Shown in pieces: positions 10,101-16,268 of a stretch of 32,000 nt of DNA. Made by a program: the position numbers and the translations under genes. Each line of letters begins with the position of its first letter. The first letter of the stretch is position 1. The notes under the pieces were generated by a model, which saw nothing but the letters and a program-made list of their open reading frames with translations, was not told the origin of the DNA and did not search any database. Source of the stretch: Candidatus Altimarinota bacterium. Its GTDB lineage: Bacteria > Patescibacteriota > Gracilibacteria > UBA1369. The stretch covers positions 1-32,000 of the forward strand of contig JBAZYK010000006.1 in NCBI GenBank assembly GCA_041659405.1, given 5' to 3'.

Positions 10101-10835
10101 TGTACTCGACCAATCGAGCGAAACTGTTGCCGTAGCCGGGTTTGCAACCGTAGTCACAAATGATTGTCTCCGATAACCTGCTACCGTTAAATTCTTTCTT
10201 GAAGCAGTAAGCGCAATACGAACGTAAGCATCGGGATTCCCACCGGAAGCTTGACGATTACTGGTTGCATTTGTACTAGGAGGTTGCAACCAGTTCGGAA
10301 AATTCCAACCGGTTAAATTGCTATCAAATCCAGCATTGGTTGTGGCTCCACTGAAGGTTACTCCCAAATCTTTTAATTGCGCATTCCCACCAGTTAATTC
10401 AATCTTTGCAGAATCAAATGTAAAGTTTGCAGGAGTGGTAAAAACCCAACTTTGTGTACTGGCAAACAGGGCCTGCGCGCCCAAAATAAAAAAGGAAACC
10501 ATGCCAATAAAGAAAATTTTAAGTCCATACAAAGCGGCCGCACCGGCTGCTGTAAAAATACCAATCTTGCGCCTGAGAATAAAAAAATGAAGGTGTTCCT
10601 TCTTTTTACCATCATGCGGAAAAATAAAGCCAAGCTGCTGAAGATCTTTCGGCGATACTATAAAAAACAAAGGCAAAGAAACCAGGAATGATCCCAGCTC
10701 AACCAAAAACAACAAAACAAAGTAAGGCAACGCCCTAAAAACGCCTTTTGATTCAAGTATTTTCTTTTTGATCGTAAAAATAAACCCCGAAAGATGAAAG
10801 AAAAAATTTAATAATTTTGTTTTAAATGCTGCCAT
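1197..10835 (-). CDS. Giant repetitive cell-surface protein (3212 aa), Ig/FN3-like modules, membrane-anchored at both ends
   Basis: Single open frame. N-terminal hydrophobic segments 'YFVLLFLVELGSFLVSLPLFFIVSP' and 'GLKIFFIGMVSFFILGAQALFAS'. Many repeats of 'DTKAPVVSNVTA...YDLxD...SxDGGSTWxVPxTSATGAxG...GKTITWNAGTDF'. C-terminal Ig-like domains and TM 'LYSTLITVVVILVGMFLLYRMRKKFKSA'. Confidence 0.9.
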   Translation of the reverse strand: MAAFKTKLLNFFFHLSGFIFTIKKKILESKGVFRALPYFVLLFLVELGSFLVSLPLFFIVSPKDLQQLGFIFPHDGKKKEHLHFFILRRKIGIFTAAGAAALYGLKIFFIGMVSFFILGAQALFASTQSWVFTTPANFTFDSAKIELTGGNAQLKDLGVTFSGATTNAGFDSNLTGWNFPNWLQPPSTNATSNRQASGGNPDAYVRIALTASRKNLTVAGYRRQSFVTTVANPATATVSLDWSSTVFTSPTAPQTYHLYAFVDSANTDPVLGTQVWDSGEISATTPWASVSNIDVHTKLGAAGTYYLKFAAYATNNLTTDESDAYTSGFDNVVLNWSNTSHVYDSGSPTITPTTSLNPAKVLSWDSFAETATKNGGEINYQLSSDDGVTWQYWNGTAWATAGAGNYNTAAIVNTNIATFTKTTNKIRWKAFLSGNGSQQVILNNVSINYTQDNPPVVASLTPAQGTSTGLVYLPYNLQDPESDVSNLNASEYSVDGTTWQTMTAATSDPAHSGITGLTTSAAGVAHTFVWNALADIGSFYNATVLVRLKANDGFLDSAVATSSAFAVDYVNPVVANVVATETLGTTSVQITYDLTDNTTDNLLVELAVSGDSGVTWTVPVTSATGAVGAAVTAAIGNTITWNAGTDYPAHQQSNIQVRVRAKDKFLNQGVFVASISFALDTLAPATNAIANLFAQPNAGDSAVLIGGSFTEANPSTNTFSVGVSGADYGAGTVGTPNTATPSNQSTVAGTTLKGNDYISKVKIVHADLYGQSGTNENTSPSATYKYVKPYTPQAPTLTNPITNNLNLTVVPNASEASGLQYAIFETSTSQYVQANGALGAGAIWQTLGTGAGQWGNGTGVTGKVNVTGLTPHISTFIFKVKSRNPNDGGHAASSESALSSPSQITNTAPTVTLGSIAQTTDGTKYVNINYTGTDGQGDINSLASFQYSTNGGGIWATMTEKSGVGSNSTINLVFLPTGSNYKFVWDSGTDLAGVENSSVLIRLKSNDSLLDSAVATSSAFAIDNVVPVTAVTSASMSDTSTTVTVVYTLTDGNNSNVQMDVSADGGSTWTVPHASATGAIGAGITPGAGKTITWNVASDYDGEYTTQMMVRVRATDTFGNQGVNSSSSAFEADTKAPVVSNVTAVQDAVAKTFTFHYDVSEDNGNVDTALAISSDGGSTWVVPITSAAGAFGAATVPGAGKTITWNAGTDFDNQEHADMKIKITATDKHINVSNTTSSAFSLDTKAPRVTTVAGTQPLGGTTVNITYDLADQNNSTVQLQISSNGGSSWVVPTTSATGALGASVASGTGKTITWNAAADFPNQTLGTMQVRIQATDIFNNASGDVDSTNFALDTLAPAVNAAAELQTQPSAGDTIALIGGSFTEANPSTNAFYVAVDVGSYGSSTAGTTNTATPTNQATATGVTLKGNDYISKVKITHTDKYGQSITNENTSPSAALKYVKPYTPALPTVDNPGVGTVDVTVNKNPAEADSLEYAIFEATLSEYVQGNGTIGASPVWQTLGTGSGQWGNGSGVSGKVNVSGLTRHSYTYGFEVKSRNPSDTGFAPSSESALSSGASSANQSPHITFNSISQSTDGSKIVDISYNGIDLESETSSLVQYKYSTDNSTWTTMTEKSGVGSEGVTGLAFSDSGVLHHFKWDVGTDLANAEDATVYVRLQANDGHTSGAAAVSSSFTIDTKKPVISAITAGMLTNGSGTVTIHYTLGDVSVSNVELNISANDGGDWVVPITTASGDINAGVVPGSGKTITWNAGTDFANQEVSIMKLRLKATDSYSNAGDFTVSGNFEVDTKAPVVSNVTASQNAGAGTIAIAYDLVDANNSTVSISVSNDNGVTWIVPVTSATGAVGTGVTPAVNKTVTWNAATDYPNHEQNLLIKVSATDQFGNAGVSTPSSFAVDTKGPVITNIGAVQTLGSQNFVITYDLADSATSAIAMDISDNSGSTWVVAHITAAGDLGAAVPAGNGKTITWNAGTDYTNHQKSTMMVRLRGTDGFNNVSDNVSSTAFNLDTLAPATNAAADLSTQPNAGDTTALIEGSFTESNPGTNDFALALNGLAYGASTAGTGNTATPPAQATAAGQTLTGSDYVSKVKITEGDLYGKTATNENTAPSTTKKYVKPYKPDAPTVGNPQNTSVDVTVNPHTGESSTVPYAIFETTTGKYVQTNGSLDTAAVWKTLGTAAGQWGNSSGVSGKITVTGLTSPVARYSFEVKSRNPADTAHQSGSESSFSNVGAVANTAPVISITSVAQPLNRSYVLVNYSGTDAQNDTNDLTSYEYSTDNSIWHTMTQKAGVGADGISGLAFTSSGHSFVFAWDLAADLANFGSSTVYVRLQANDGLTSGNLATSSAFSVDTLGPVISNINIGQIPGTDGLTIHYDMVDNSGTNNSVEALISDDSGATYTVATTSMAGDVGSGISIGTNKNITWNAGIDFANQESTTMKIKIRGTDAYDNIGTFVASDDFSVDTKLPVVSGVTAAQTAGTDNVEVNYTLADNTPAGFLVEAEFSADGGTTWAVPATTVTGAIGTGITTGAKTFTWDAGTDFSAQHKTNMKVRVKAKDYFGNQGVFANSADFAIDTKAPVVSALIATQTLGANNAVSIAYDLADDASSNITVTPEISKNGGTTWTVATSTLAGNFGSGQTAGAGKAISWNPAVDLATTEIANARVRLQATDSFGNSSVFESTDFAVDTLAPVGLTSLTKFSSTTTAATLNWAGSVTESNFDHYELWHGTSQTDVDARIGTATKWSTTEDPTLSDVLTSITTITGIPLTNNYFVKIWAVDKYGNEATVVSINLFEVPAPTPTPVVSGGGGTPAVLFNASLLNVPVLDRLATPTNKTSVNVSGVAVSNAKIILYDNGTFVDYFTALADANGRFGQTFTFTEGQHILTVKAVDSFNNPSANSNGMPLLIDLTPPGLPSVANPAENENISTDTPTLNGFAEPYSTVQITVDKKTKFTTATNEIGNWTFNLPSGATLALGKHQFELVVVDPAGNASAVNLLDVNRVVAPAGLTGAAAVGGPALPGAARPTGGATTLVGGIAPGAPLPIPAIVTIGQAAEATVLPNIPQPQIVSIQNGATTETSTANVIKFSGRALPNQEVVLYLHSDQALVYRVKADGNGIWNLDHLQSNVELTPGEHSIFAVALDPIAKVKSLPSAIKTFTVNKNFWVMAYYYLNLYSTLITVVVILVGMFLLYRMRKKFKSA
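2739..4766 (-). repeat. Intragenic super-repeat unit 3 (2028 bp; B1-B2-A-A-A)
   Basis: Begins 'DTLAPATNAAADLSTQPNAGDTTALIEGSF'. Ends at 'DTLAPVGLTSLTKF', where a distinct FN3-like domain starts. Confidence 0.85.
4767..6779 (-). repeat. Intragenic super-repeat unit 2 (2013 bp; B1-B2-A-A-A)
   Basis: Begins 'DTLAPAVNAAAELQTQPSAGDTIALIGGSF'. Same module order as unit 1. Confidence 0.85.
6780..8798 (-). repeat. Intragenic super-repeat unit 1 of the giant surface gene (2019 bp; B1-B2-A-A-A)
   Basis: Unit begins at the 'DTLAPATNA..LFAQPNAGDSAVLIGGSF' boundary. The boundary string aaagtatc lies at 8791-8798 and recurs at 6772-6779. Confidence 0.85.
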
Positions 10836-10853
10836 CTATTTAAAATTAAACAG

Positions 10854-11675
10854 CTAAAAAATTAGAAAGGTGGAGAATAAACCAATCGCAATAATAAGCA
10901 CCAATGACCAGTTAGCCAGGTTGTCCACGTTTTGGATCAAGACATCAAGCCACAAAGAATTTAGCTTAAAATATCGTTCCTCCGAAAGCTGACTACGCTC
11001 ACCTGTTTTTGGATTAAAACTGTAAAGCCATAAAGAATGATTACCCTCATTCAACTTAAATTCAGCCTGCGAATGTTCAATTTGCCATTGGCCCTTGTCA
11101 TCGGCCTGACCATAATAAATGGCATCCTGCTGGGCGGAAATCATTAAAACCACCGTCACTAAAGGTTGCGCAGTTCCCGTAAACACAAAATTACCACTGG
11201 AATTTATCTCCAGCTTTTTAAAAATCGGAGCAATAATAGCATTGTTGATTTGAGCTGTCTGAATTCCGGTTTCCGTAGAAAGCAATTGTTCATTTTGCAC
11301 AGACGTAGGTGATAACGATGAAACACGATAAAGTGGCAGCGGACCATACAAATATGGCACCGTCACAATCAACAACAATTTTATTACCCAAATAGCCAAA
11401 ACCACACCAAGACCGGCAAGTGTCACAACACGCCTCAAATTATAATTCAGGGTAACTTTTTCATAAGTTCCATGTTCCTTCATGTAAGCCACGGCCTTAT
11501 CGGGCTTGATACTCAAATAAAAAGGCAAAGAAACCAGCGCCAAAAACGTTTCCAACAAAAAAAGTATGAAAATATTAACAATAACTTTTAAACCGGTTTG
11601 TTTAATTATTTTCTGCCTTATTTCGTAAATCCGGTTCGAGAGTTTTAATGAAATATTTAGCCATTGTGTTTTCAT
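10854..11675 (-). CDS. Membrane protein with one Ig-like domain, a miniature paralogue of the giant protein's two termini
   Basis: N-terminus 'NIFILFLLETFLALVSLPFYLSIKP' parallels giant 'YFVLLFLVELGSFLVSLPLFFIVSP'. C-terminal 'AIYYGQADDKGQWQIEHSQAEFKLNEGNHSLWLY' parallels giant 'ALVYRVKADGNGIWNLDHLQSNVELTPGEHSIFAV'. Ends with a TM segment. Confidence 0.8.
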   Translation of the reverse strand: MKTQWLNISLKLSNRIYEIRQKIIKQTGLKVIVNIFILFLLETFLALVSLPFYLSIKPDKAVAYMKEHGTYEKVTLNYNLRRVVTLAGLGVVLAIWVIKLLLIVTVPYLYGPLPLYRVSSLSPTSVQNEQLLSTETGIQTAQINNAIIAPIFKKLEINSSGNFVFTGTAQPLVTVVLMISAQQDAIYYGQADDKGQWQIEHSQAEFKLNEGNHSLWLYSFNPKTGERSQLSEERYFKLNSLWLDVLIQNVDNLANWSLVLIIAIGLFSTFLIF

Positions 11676-11679
11676 TTTT

Positions 11680-12054
11680 TTAAATTAATTTCTTAATTTT
11701 TTTTGCCAACACAGATAAATCCGTATCAGCCTTAATGAAATAATCAATTGCCCCAAGCGCTTTAGCCTTTCCTATATCAGCTTCATCACCAAGGTTGGAC
11801 AAAATAACCACCGGAATTTGTTTTAATGTTGAGTTTGATTTTAAATTTTTTAATAAAGCAAAACCATCCATTACCGGAAGCAGCAAATCCAGCAAAATAA
11901 TGTCCGGTTTTATTCTTTGGGCGATTTCCAGCGCGCTCTGACCATCACCGGCGGTCGCGATGGTATTTTCACCATGCAACAGCACATACAAAGCCCGCAA
12001 CAAGGGTTCCTCATCTTCAACAATCAAAATTATATGTTTCTTTTTTGTATTCAT
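11680..12054 (-). CDS. Single-domain response regulator (CheY-like receiver)
   Basis: 'IILIVEDEEPLLRALYVLL...DIILLDLLLPVMDGFALLKNLK...IPVVILSNLGDEADI...GAIDYFIKAD' is a complete receiver domain with no output domain. Confidence 0.93.
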   Translation of the reverse strand: MNTKKKHIILIVEDEEPLLRALYVLLHGENTIATAGDGQSALEIAQRIKPDIILLDLLLPVMDGFALLKNLKSNSTLKQIPVVILSNLGDEADIGKAKALGAIDYFIKADTDLSVLAKKIKKLI

Positions 12055-12057
12055 ATT

Positions 12058-12447
12058 TTAGTTTTTCAGTAATGAATTGAGAATAAAATCAACAATTTTT
12101 TTCAACTCGATATCCGCCTTGGTAAAATGCTTTTCCGCTCCCAATACTTGAGTGGATTTTATATCCGCAACCGCATCCAGATTTGAAAGCACCACCACGG
12201 AGATTTTCCTGGTTTCTTTTGCTGATTTTAATTGCTTCAAAACCGCAAAACCATCAAGACCGGGCAAAACCAGATCAAGCAAAATCGCATCGGGACCAAA
12301 TTTCTTGGCCGATTCCAAAACCTTAAAACCGTTATCCACTACCGAAACTTCAACATCTTTTTCCAAAAAACTTTTACTTAAAATCTGCGATAAAAGAGCA
12401 TCGTCCTCAACAATCAATAATTTCTTTTTTGTTTTTTTATTGAACAT
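12058..12447 (-). CDS. Single-domain response regulator (CheY-like receiver)
   Basis: 'KLLIVEDDALLSQILSKSF...DAILLDLVLPGLDGFAVLKQLK...KISVVVLSNLDAVADI...GAEKHFTKAD'. Confidence 0.93.
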   Translation of the reverse strand: MFNKKTKKKLLIVEDDALLSQILSKSFLEKDVEVSVVDNGFKVLESAKKFGPDAILLDLVLPGLDGFAVLKQLKSAKETRKISVVVLSNLDAVADIKSTQVLGAEKHFTKADIELKKIVDFILNSLLKN

Positions 12448-12553
12448 GATTTTATGTTCTTAGTAAGCCATTTAGACCACTCCCGTAATTATACCACCAA
12501 AAGACGTCCTTTTACCAGGCATTTTAGACGTTTTTTACATGTAATTATCCACA

Positions 12554-12583
12554 TTGATTTAATGCTTTACTACGGACTATAGT
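12554..12583 (+). promoter_or_regulatory. Candidate sigma70-type promoter for the EamA transporter gene
   Basis: TTGATT (12554-12559), 18-bp spacer, TATAGT (12578-12583). The ATG is at 12591, so the transcript may be leaderless or nearly so. Confidence 0.35.
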
Positions 12584-12590
12584 TGAAGTA

Positions 12591-13496
12591 ATGAATCTAA
12601 AAAAAGAACTATCAACTAACAGGCCCCTCCAAGGCGAAATTTTCATTTTAGGAGAAGTCGTCTTCTGGAGCCTGTTTTTTGTTTTCTCCAAAATCGGAAT
12701 TCTGAGTCTTTCTCCACTTTTTAGCCTTGGCTTAAGCTCACTTTTTGCCGCTTTGTTTTTTGCGACTGTCATCACTTTTCAGAAAAAATGGCATCAAATT
12801 AAAATAAGAACAGCCTGGAAAAACATCCTGCTCGCAACTTTTTTCATCGGTATTGTTTTTTATTGCCTGATGTTTTGGGGATTACAAAGAACTTCAGCCG
12901 ATAACGGCAGCATTATGGCTTTAATGGAAGTATTTTTCTCCATGGTGATTTTTGGACTGACCAAAAAAGAAATCCTTAACACAAGACAAAAACTTGGCGC
13001 TTTTTCGATGGTTTTGGGAGCCTTAATTATCTTATATAGAGGCAATTTTCAACTAAATTCAGGAGATTTAATTATTTTAATCGCCACGGTGTTTCCACCA
13101 ATTGGCAACTATTATGCCAAAAAGGCCATGAAAGAAGTCGGATCATTGATGATTATGTTCATCAGGAGTTTAATTTCGGGAATATTCATTCTTTTCATCG
13201 CATTTTTGCTGGAAAAAACGCCCACCGCCTTTGAACTTGGAAATTCATTATTTTACATTGCCCTAAATGGTTTGCTGGTTTTGGGATTATCCAAAGTACT
13301 CTGGCTGGAAGGAATCAGCCGAATCCAAATCACCAAAGCTGCCGCATTGGGGGCCATAGCTCCCGCCTTCACCCTTTTATTCGCTTATTTACTCTTAGGG
13401 GAAAAACCCAACTACTGGCAATTTTTAGGCTTCGCCCCAATGCTTTTAGGAATTTTCCTTTTGAATGAGTATAAAAAAAACAATGAACAAGTATAA
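12591..13496 (+). CDS. EamA/DMT-superfamily transporter
   Basis: 301 aa with about 10 hydrophobic helices in a duplicated EamA arrangement, e.g. 'GEVVFWSLFFVFSKIGILSLSPL' and 'ALGAIAPAFTLLFAYLLLGEKPNYWQFLGFAPMLLGIFLL'. Confidence 0.85.
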   Translation: MNLKKELSTNRPLQGEIFILGEVVFWSLFFVFSKIGILSLSPLFSLGLSSLFAALFFATVITFQKKWHQIKIRTAWKNILLATFFIGIVFYCLMFWGLQRTSADNGSIMALMEVFFSMVIFGLTKKEILNTRQKLGAFSMVLGALIILYRGNFQLNSGDLIILIATVFPPIGNYYAKKAMKEVGSLMIMFIRSLISGIFILFIAFLLEKTPTAFELGNSLFYIALNGLLVLGLSKVLWLEGISRIQITKAAALGAIAPAFTLLFAYLLLGEKPNYWQFLGFAPMLLGIFLLNEYKKNNEQV

Positions 13497-13593
13497 CGGA
13501 TCTCGTTGCTTTTTATCGCAAATTTATTCAGAATACCAACCGGTTCACCAGAAATTTTTGTCTGAGCCAAAAACAATTTTATAACTACAAATC

Positions 13594-14706
13594 ATGAAAA
13601 AAACCAAATTCAGCCAGCTTTCACCAAATCTAAAAAAATTGATTATTACCAAAGGTGGAGCCGGAAAAAACGTTGTTGATGGAACATTGTCCCAATATGT
13701 AAAAAAGAACAGCACACCGGTTTCCGCATTTGCTGAAAGAACCTTGAATCACTGCAACGGCGGCTCAACTTTACAGGCCGCAATGTGGCTGAAGAATCAC
13801 CTGGATAAAGGCGGCAAACTGGTTGTTACAATTGCCGGCGCACTAAGTTCTTTTCAGGTTGGAGTAATGCTCGCAGACCTAATCCGTGCCGGAAAAGTGC
13901 ATCTTATTTCTGCAACCGGCGCCAATCATGAAGAGTCATATTACCGCTATGTCGCGCATTCCCATTACGCTTACATTCCGCGCTATACCGAATTAACTCC
14001 GGAGCAGGAAGCCGAACTTCGTGATGCCGGTCTTCGCCGCATTACAGACACGTTTTTGCCTGAAGATGAAAGCGTCCGCATTATGGAACCTCATCTTTTA
14101 AAAATGTGGAAAGACGCCATGAAAAACAAAAAACGCTATTTTCCACACGAATATTTCCGCAAACTTTTTGCCGAAGGATTGATTAAACCGGATCCCGAGG
14201 CCAATCCAAACGATTGCTGGGCTTTTGCAGCCTACAAAAAAAACATTCCAATTGTGATCCCGGGTTTTGAAGATTCCACCATGGGCAACATTTTTGCGAG
14301 CTACACTTATAACGGCAAATATCGCAAAGATAAAAGCACAATCCTGGATCAAAACGTTATGAAAAGTGGTTTGGAATATTTTACTTTTCTTTATGACTGG
14401 TACATGGAAGCCGCAAAAGACACTCCAATCGCCTTCTTGCAATTAGGTGGAGGTATTTCCGCTGATTTCCCGATTTGCGTTGTTCCTTCACTCAAACACG
14501 ACCTGCAACTTCACGGCAAAATTCGCGACTGGGCCGGATTCATTGAAATCGGCTCCTCACCAATGTCCTACGGATCCTATTCCGGCGCAGGTGGCAAAGA
14601 AAAAATCACCTGGGACAAACTTTCCACCAGCAGCTACTATCAAATCATTCAAAGCGATGTGACGGTTGCTTTCCCTTGGATTGCCGCGATTTTGCTTGGA
14701 TTGTAG
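13594..14706 (+). CDS. Deoxyhypusine synthase family protein
   Basis: 370 aa. 'TIAGALSSFQVGVMLADLIRAGKVHLISATGANHEE', 'PIVIPGFEDSTMGN', 'FLQLGGGI', and 'GSYSGAGGKEKITWDKL' corresponding to the catalytic-Lys region of DHS ('SGARPDEAVSWGKI'). Confidence 0.85.
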   Translation: MKKTKFSQLSPNLKKLIITKGGAGKNVVDGTLSQYVKKNSTPVSAFAERTLNHCNGGSTLQAAMWLKNHLDKGGKLVVTIAGALSSFQVGVMLADLIRAGKVHLISATGANHEESYYRYVAHSHYAYIPRYTELTPEQEAELRDAGLRRITDTFLPEDESVRIMEPHLLKMWKDAMKNKKRYFPHEYFRKLFAEGLIKPDPEANPNDCWAFAAYKKNIPIVIPGFEDSTMGNIFASYTYNGKYRKDKSTILDQNVMKSGLEYFTFLYDWYMEAAKDTPIAFLQLGGGISADFPICVVPSLKHDLQLHGKIRDWAGFIEIGSSPMSYGSYSGAGGKEKITWDKLSTSSYYQIIQSDVTVAFPWIAAILLGL

Positions 14707-14722
14707 GAAGTTTCATCAAACA

Positions 14723-14750
14723 TTGCGCATTCCTAAAAATATGGTATAGT
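14723..14750 (+). promoter_or_regulatory. Candidate promoter for the 171-aa hypothetical protein gene
   Basis: TTGCGC (14723-14728), 16-bp spacer, TATAGT (14745-14750), 27 bp before the ATG at 14778. Confidence 0.35.
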
Positions 14751-14777
14751 AGAGATCAGTATTTTTTCTCTATTGTC

Positions 14778-15293
14778 ATGCGATTGGCCGAATTGTTAAC
14801 AAACGTTCATCCGGATCAACCTGATTTCACCCCATATTTAAGACCAGGAACTCATCCTCCTCTTAAAACGGAAGCACTAAAATTAGAAGCTTTGGTAGGT
14901 GAACAACGTAAAGCTCTAAGAACTGTTGTAGATGGAATTGGAACCATTGTGATTAGATATAAAGGATCAGAAGGTGCCGTAACCAGCCTTGATGAAGACC
15001 ACAACGGAGAAACATGGACAATCAAACAAGTCCAGGGAGCATCTTCAAGAAGATCATATCGCACAGCCACAGGATTACACTGGCCAAAATTATTGAGCGA
15101 AAGAATTGCTACATATGCTAATCATCCGGAAGCTCAAGCCCGCCACATCACCATGCCGCCATTACATGGAATCACAAATATCGACGGAGCAAGATCTCAA
15201 CATATTGACAGTACCTATGCTGCCGCTCGCACCACCTTAGGCATGCGCTATTCCGAAGAACACGGACTTTACATTGTGGACATCAAAAAATAG
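14778..15293 (+). CDS. Hypothetical protein (171 aa; start trimmed from the ORF-track start at 14676)
   Basis: Starting at MRLAELLTNVHPDQPDF avoids overlap with the upstream gene and places the start after a plausible -10 box. Confidence 0.6.
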   Translation: MRLAELLTNVHPDQPDFTPYLRPGTHPPLKTEALKLEALVGEQRKALRTVVDGIGTIVIRYKGSEGAVTSLDEDHNGETWTIKQVQGASSRRSYRTATGLHWPKLLSERIATYANHPEAQARHITMPPLHGITNIDGARSQHIDSTYAAARTTLGMRYSEEHGLYIVDIKK

Positions 15294-15316
15294 CTCTAAA
15301 AAAGGCCGTTCCAGAC

Positions 15317-16099
15317 TTAAACGCTGAATTGGTTTTTCACACTCGTAAATTTATTCGCCACATCAAACAAAAAATGCATTGTTTGAGCCATATCCGGATG
15401 ATCAATGCGTAGTCCCACCGGAAACTCACGAAAAGAAACCATAAAAACACTTTCGCCCACCAAAATCACATTTGTGGCTCCACCTGCGGCTGGCAAACTG
15501 GCAAAAGCTTCAAAAACTTTCAAATTAGTGAGCCATTCCCTGGTCAGATTTCCCTGCGCAATCAAAATATCGGTCTCGATACAATTTTTCTTCAGATCTT
15601 TTTGAAAATTGGAAATCAAGTCACCAAGCTCCTGCTGCTCAAGTTTTTGGCTAAAAGTATTCGACCCCAAAATGCGAATCTGGAGCAAATTTTGTTCTTT
15701 AGCACGGACAACAATATCCCGATAAAAATCCTGAAGCTTTTCAAAACCGTCATAAATTTGGATTTTTGGAACTTCCTGAAAAGTTGATTTCATGGCTGTT
15801 AATCGCGGCATAAGCTCATTAAATTCCTGCTGCAATCCATCAAAGCGTTCACGCTCTTTTTTAATATAATTCTCAATATCCGAAAATTTCTCCAAATAAA
15901 AAACCGTCATGCCTCCCCTTTTTGATCGCGCCAGTAAGCGACGTTCATATAAATTTTTCAGGATGCGATAAGTTGTCGTGCGATCCATCTTTGAAAATTT
16001 CGCAATGACCGAAGCCGGCTGTGATCCCAATTGAATCACGCTCATAAACACTTTTGCTTCTTTTTGATCCAGACCCAATTTTTCGAAAAAAGTTTCCAT
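15317..16099 (-). CDS. TrmB-like helix-turn-helix transcriptional regulator
   Basis: N-terminal wHTH 'METFFEKLGLDQKEAKVFMSVIQLGSQPASVIAKFSKMDRTTTYRILKNLYERRLLARSKRGG' plus coiled coil and C-terminal sensor-like domain. Internal Met at 16099 is preferred over 16141. Confidence 0.75.
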   Translation of the reverse strand: METFFEKLGLDQKEAKVFMSVIQLGSQPASVIAKFSKMDRTTTYRILKNLYERRLLARSKRGGMTVFYLEKFSDIENYIKKERERFDGLQQEFNELMPRLTAMKSTFQEVPKIQIYDGFEKLQDFYRDIVVRAKEQNLLQIRILGSNTFSQKLEQQELGDLISNFQKDLKKNCIETDILIAQGNLTREWLTNLKVFEAFASLPAAGGATNVILVGESVFMVSFREFPVGLRIDHPDMAQTMHFLFDVANKFTSVKNQFSV

Positions 16100-16268
16100 T
16101 CGGTGAAGATTATTCAAGTGTGCAAAGTAATGCACAGCCACTATATACCTTTTAAATAAGCAAAAGTAAAGCCAAACCCAAGGACTGTTTACATAGATGA
16201 AATATAATGATAATGTTCAAATCTAGTAAAAAGAAAATTTTTGCTCAACAACTTTCCGGCAATTCTCC

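Noticed and set aside
12545-12775. 77-aa minus-strand ORF overlapping the start of the EamA gene
   Set aside because: Antisense to a well-supported transporter frame and its promoter region, with no domain evidence.
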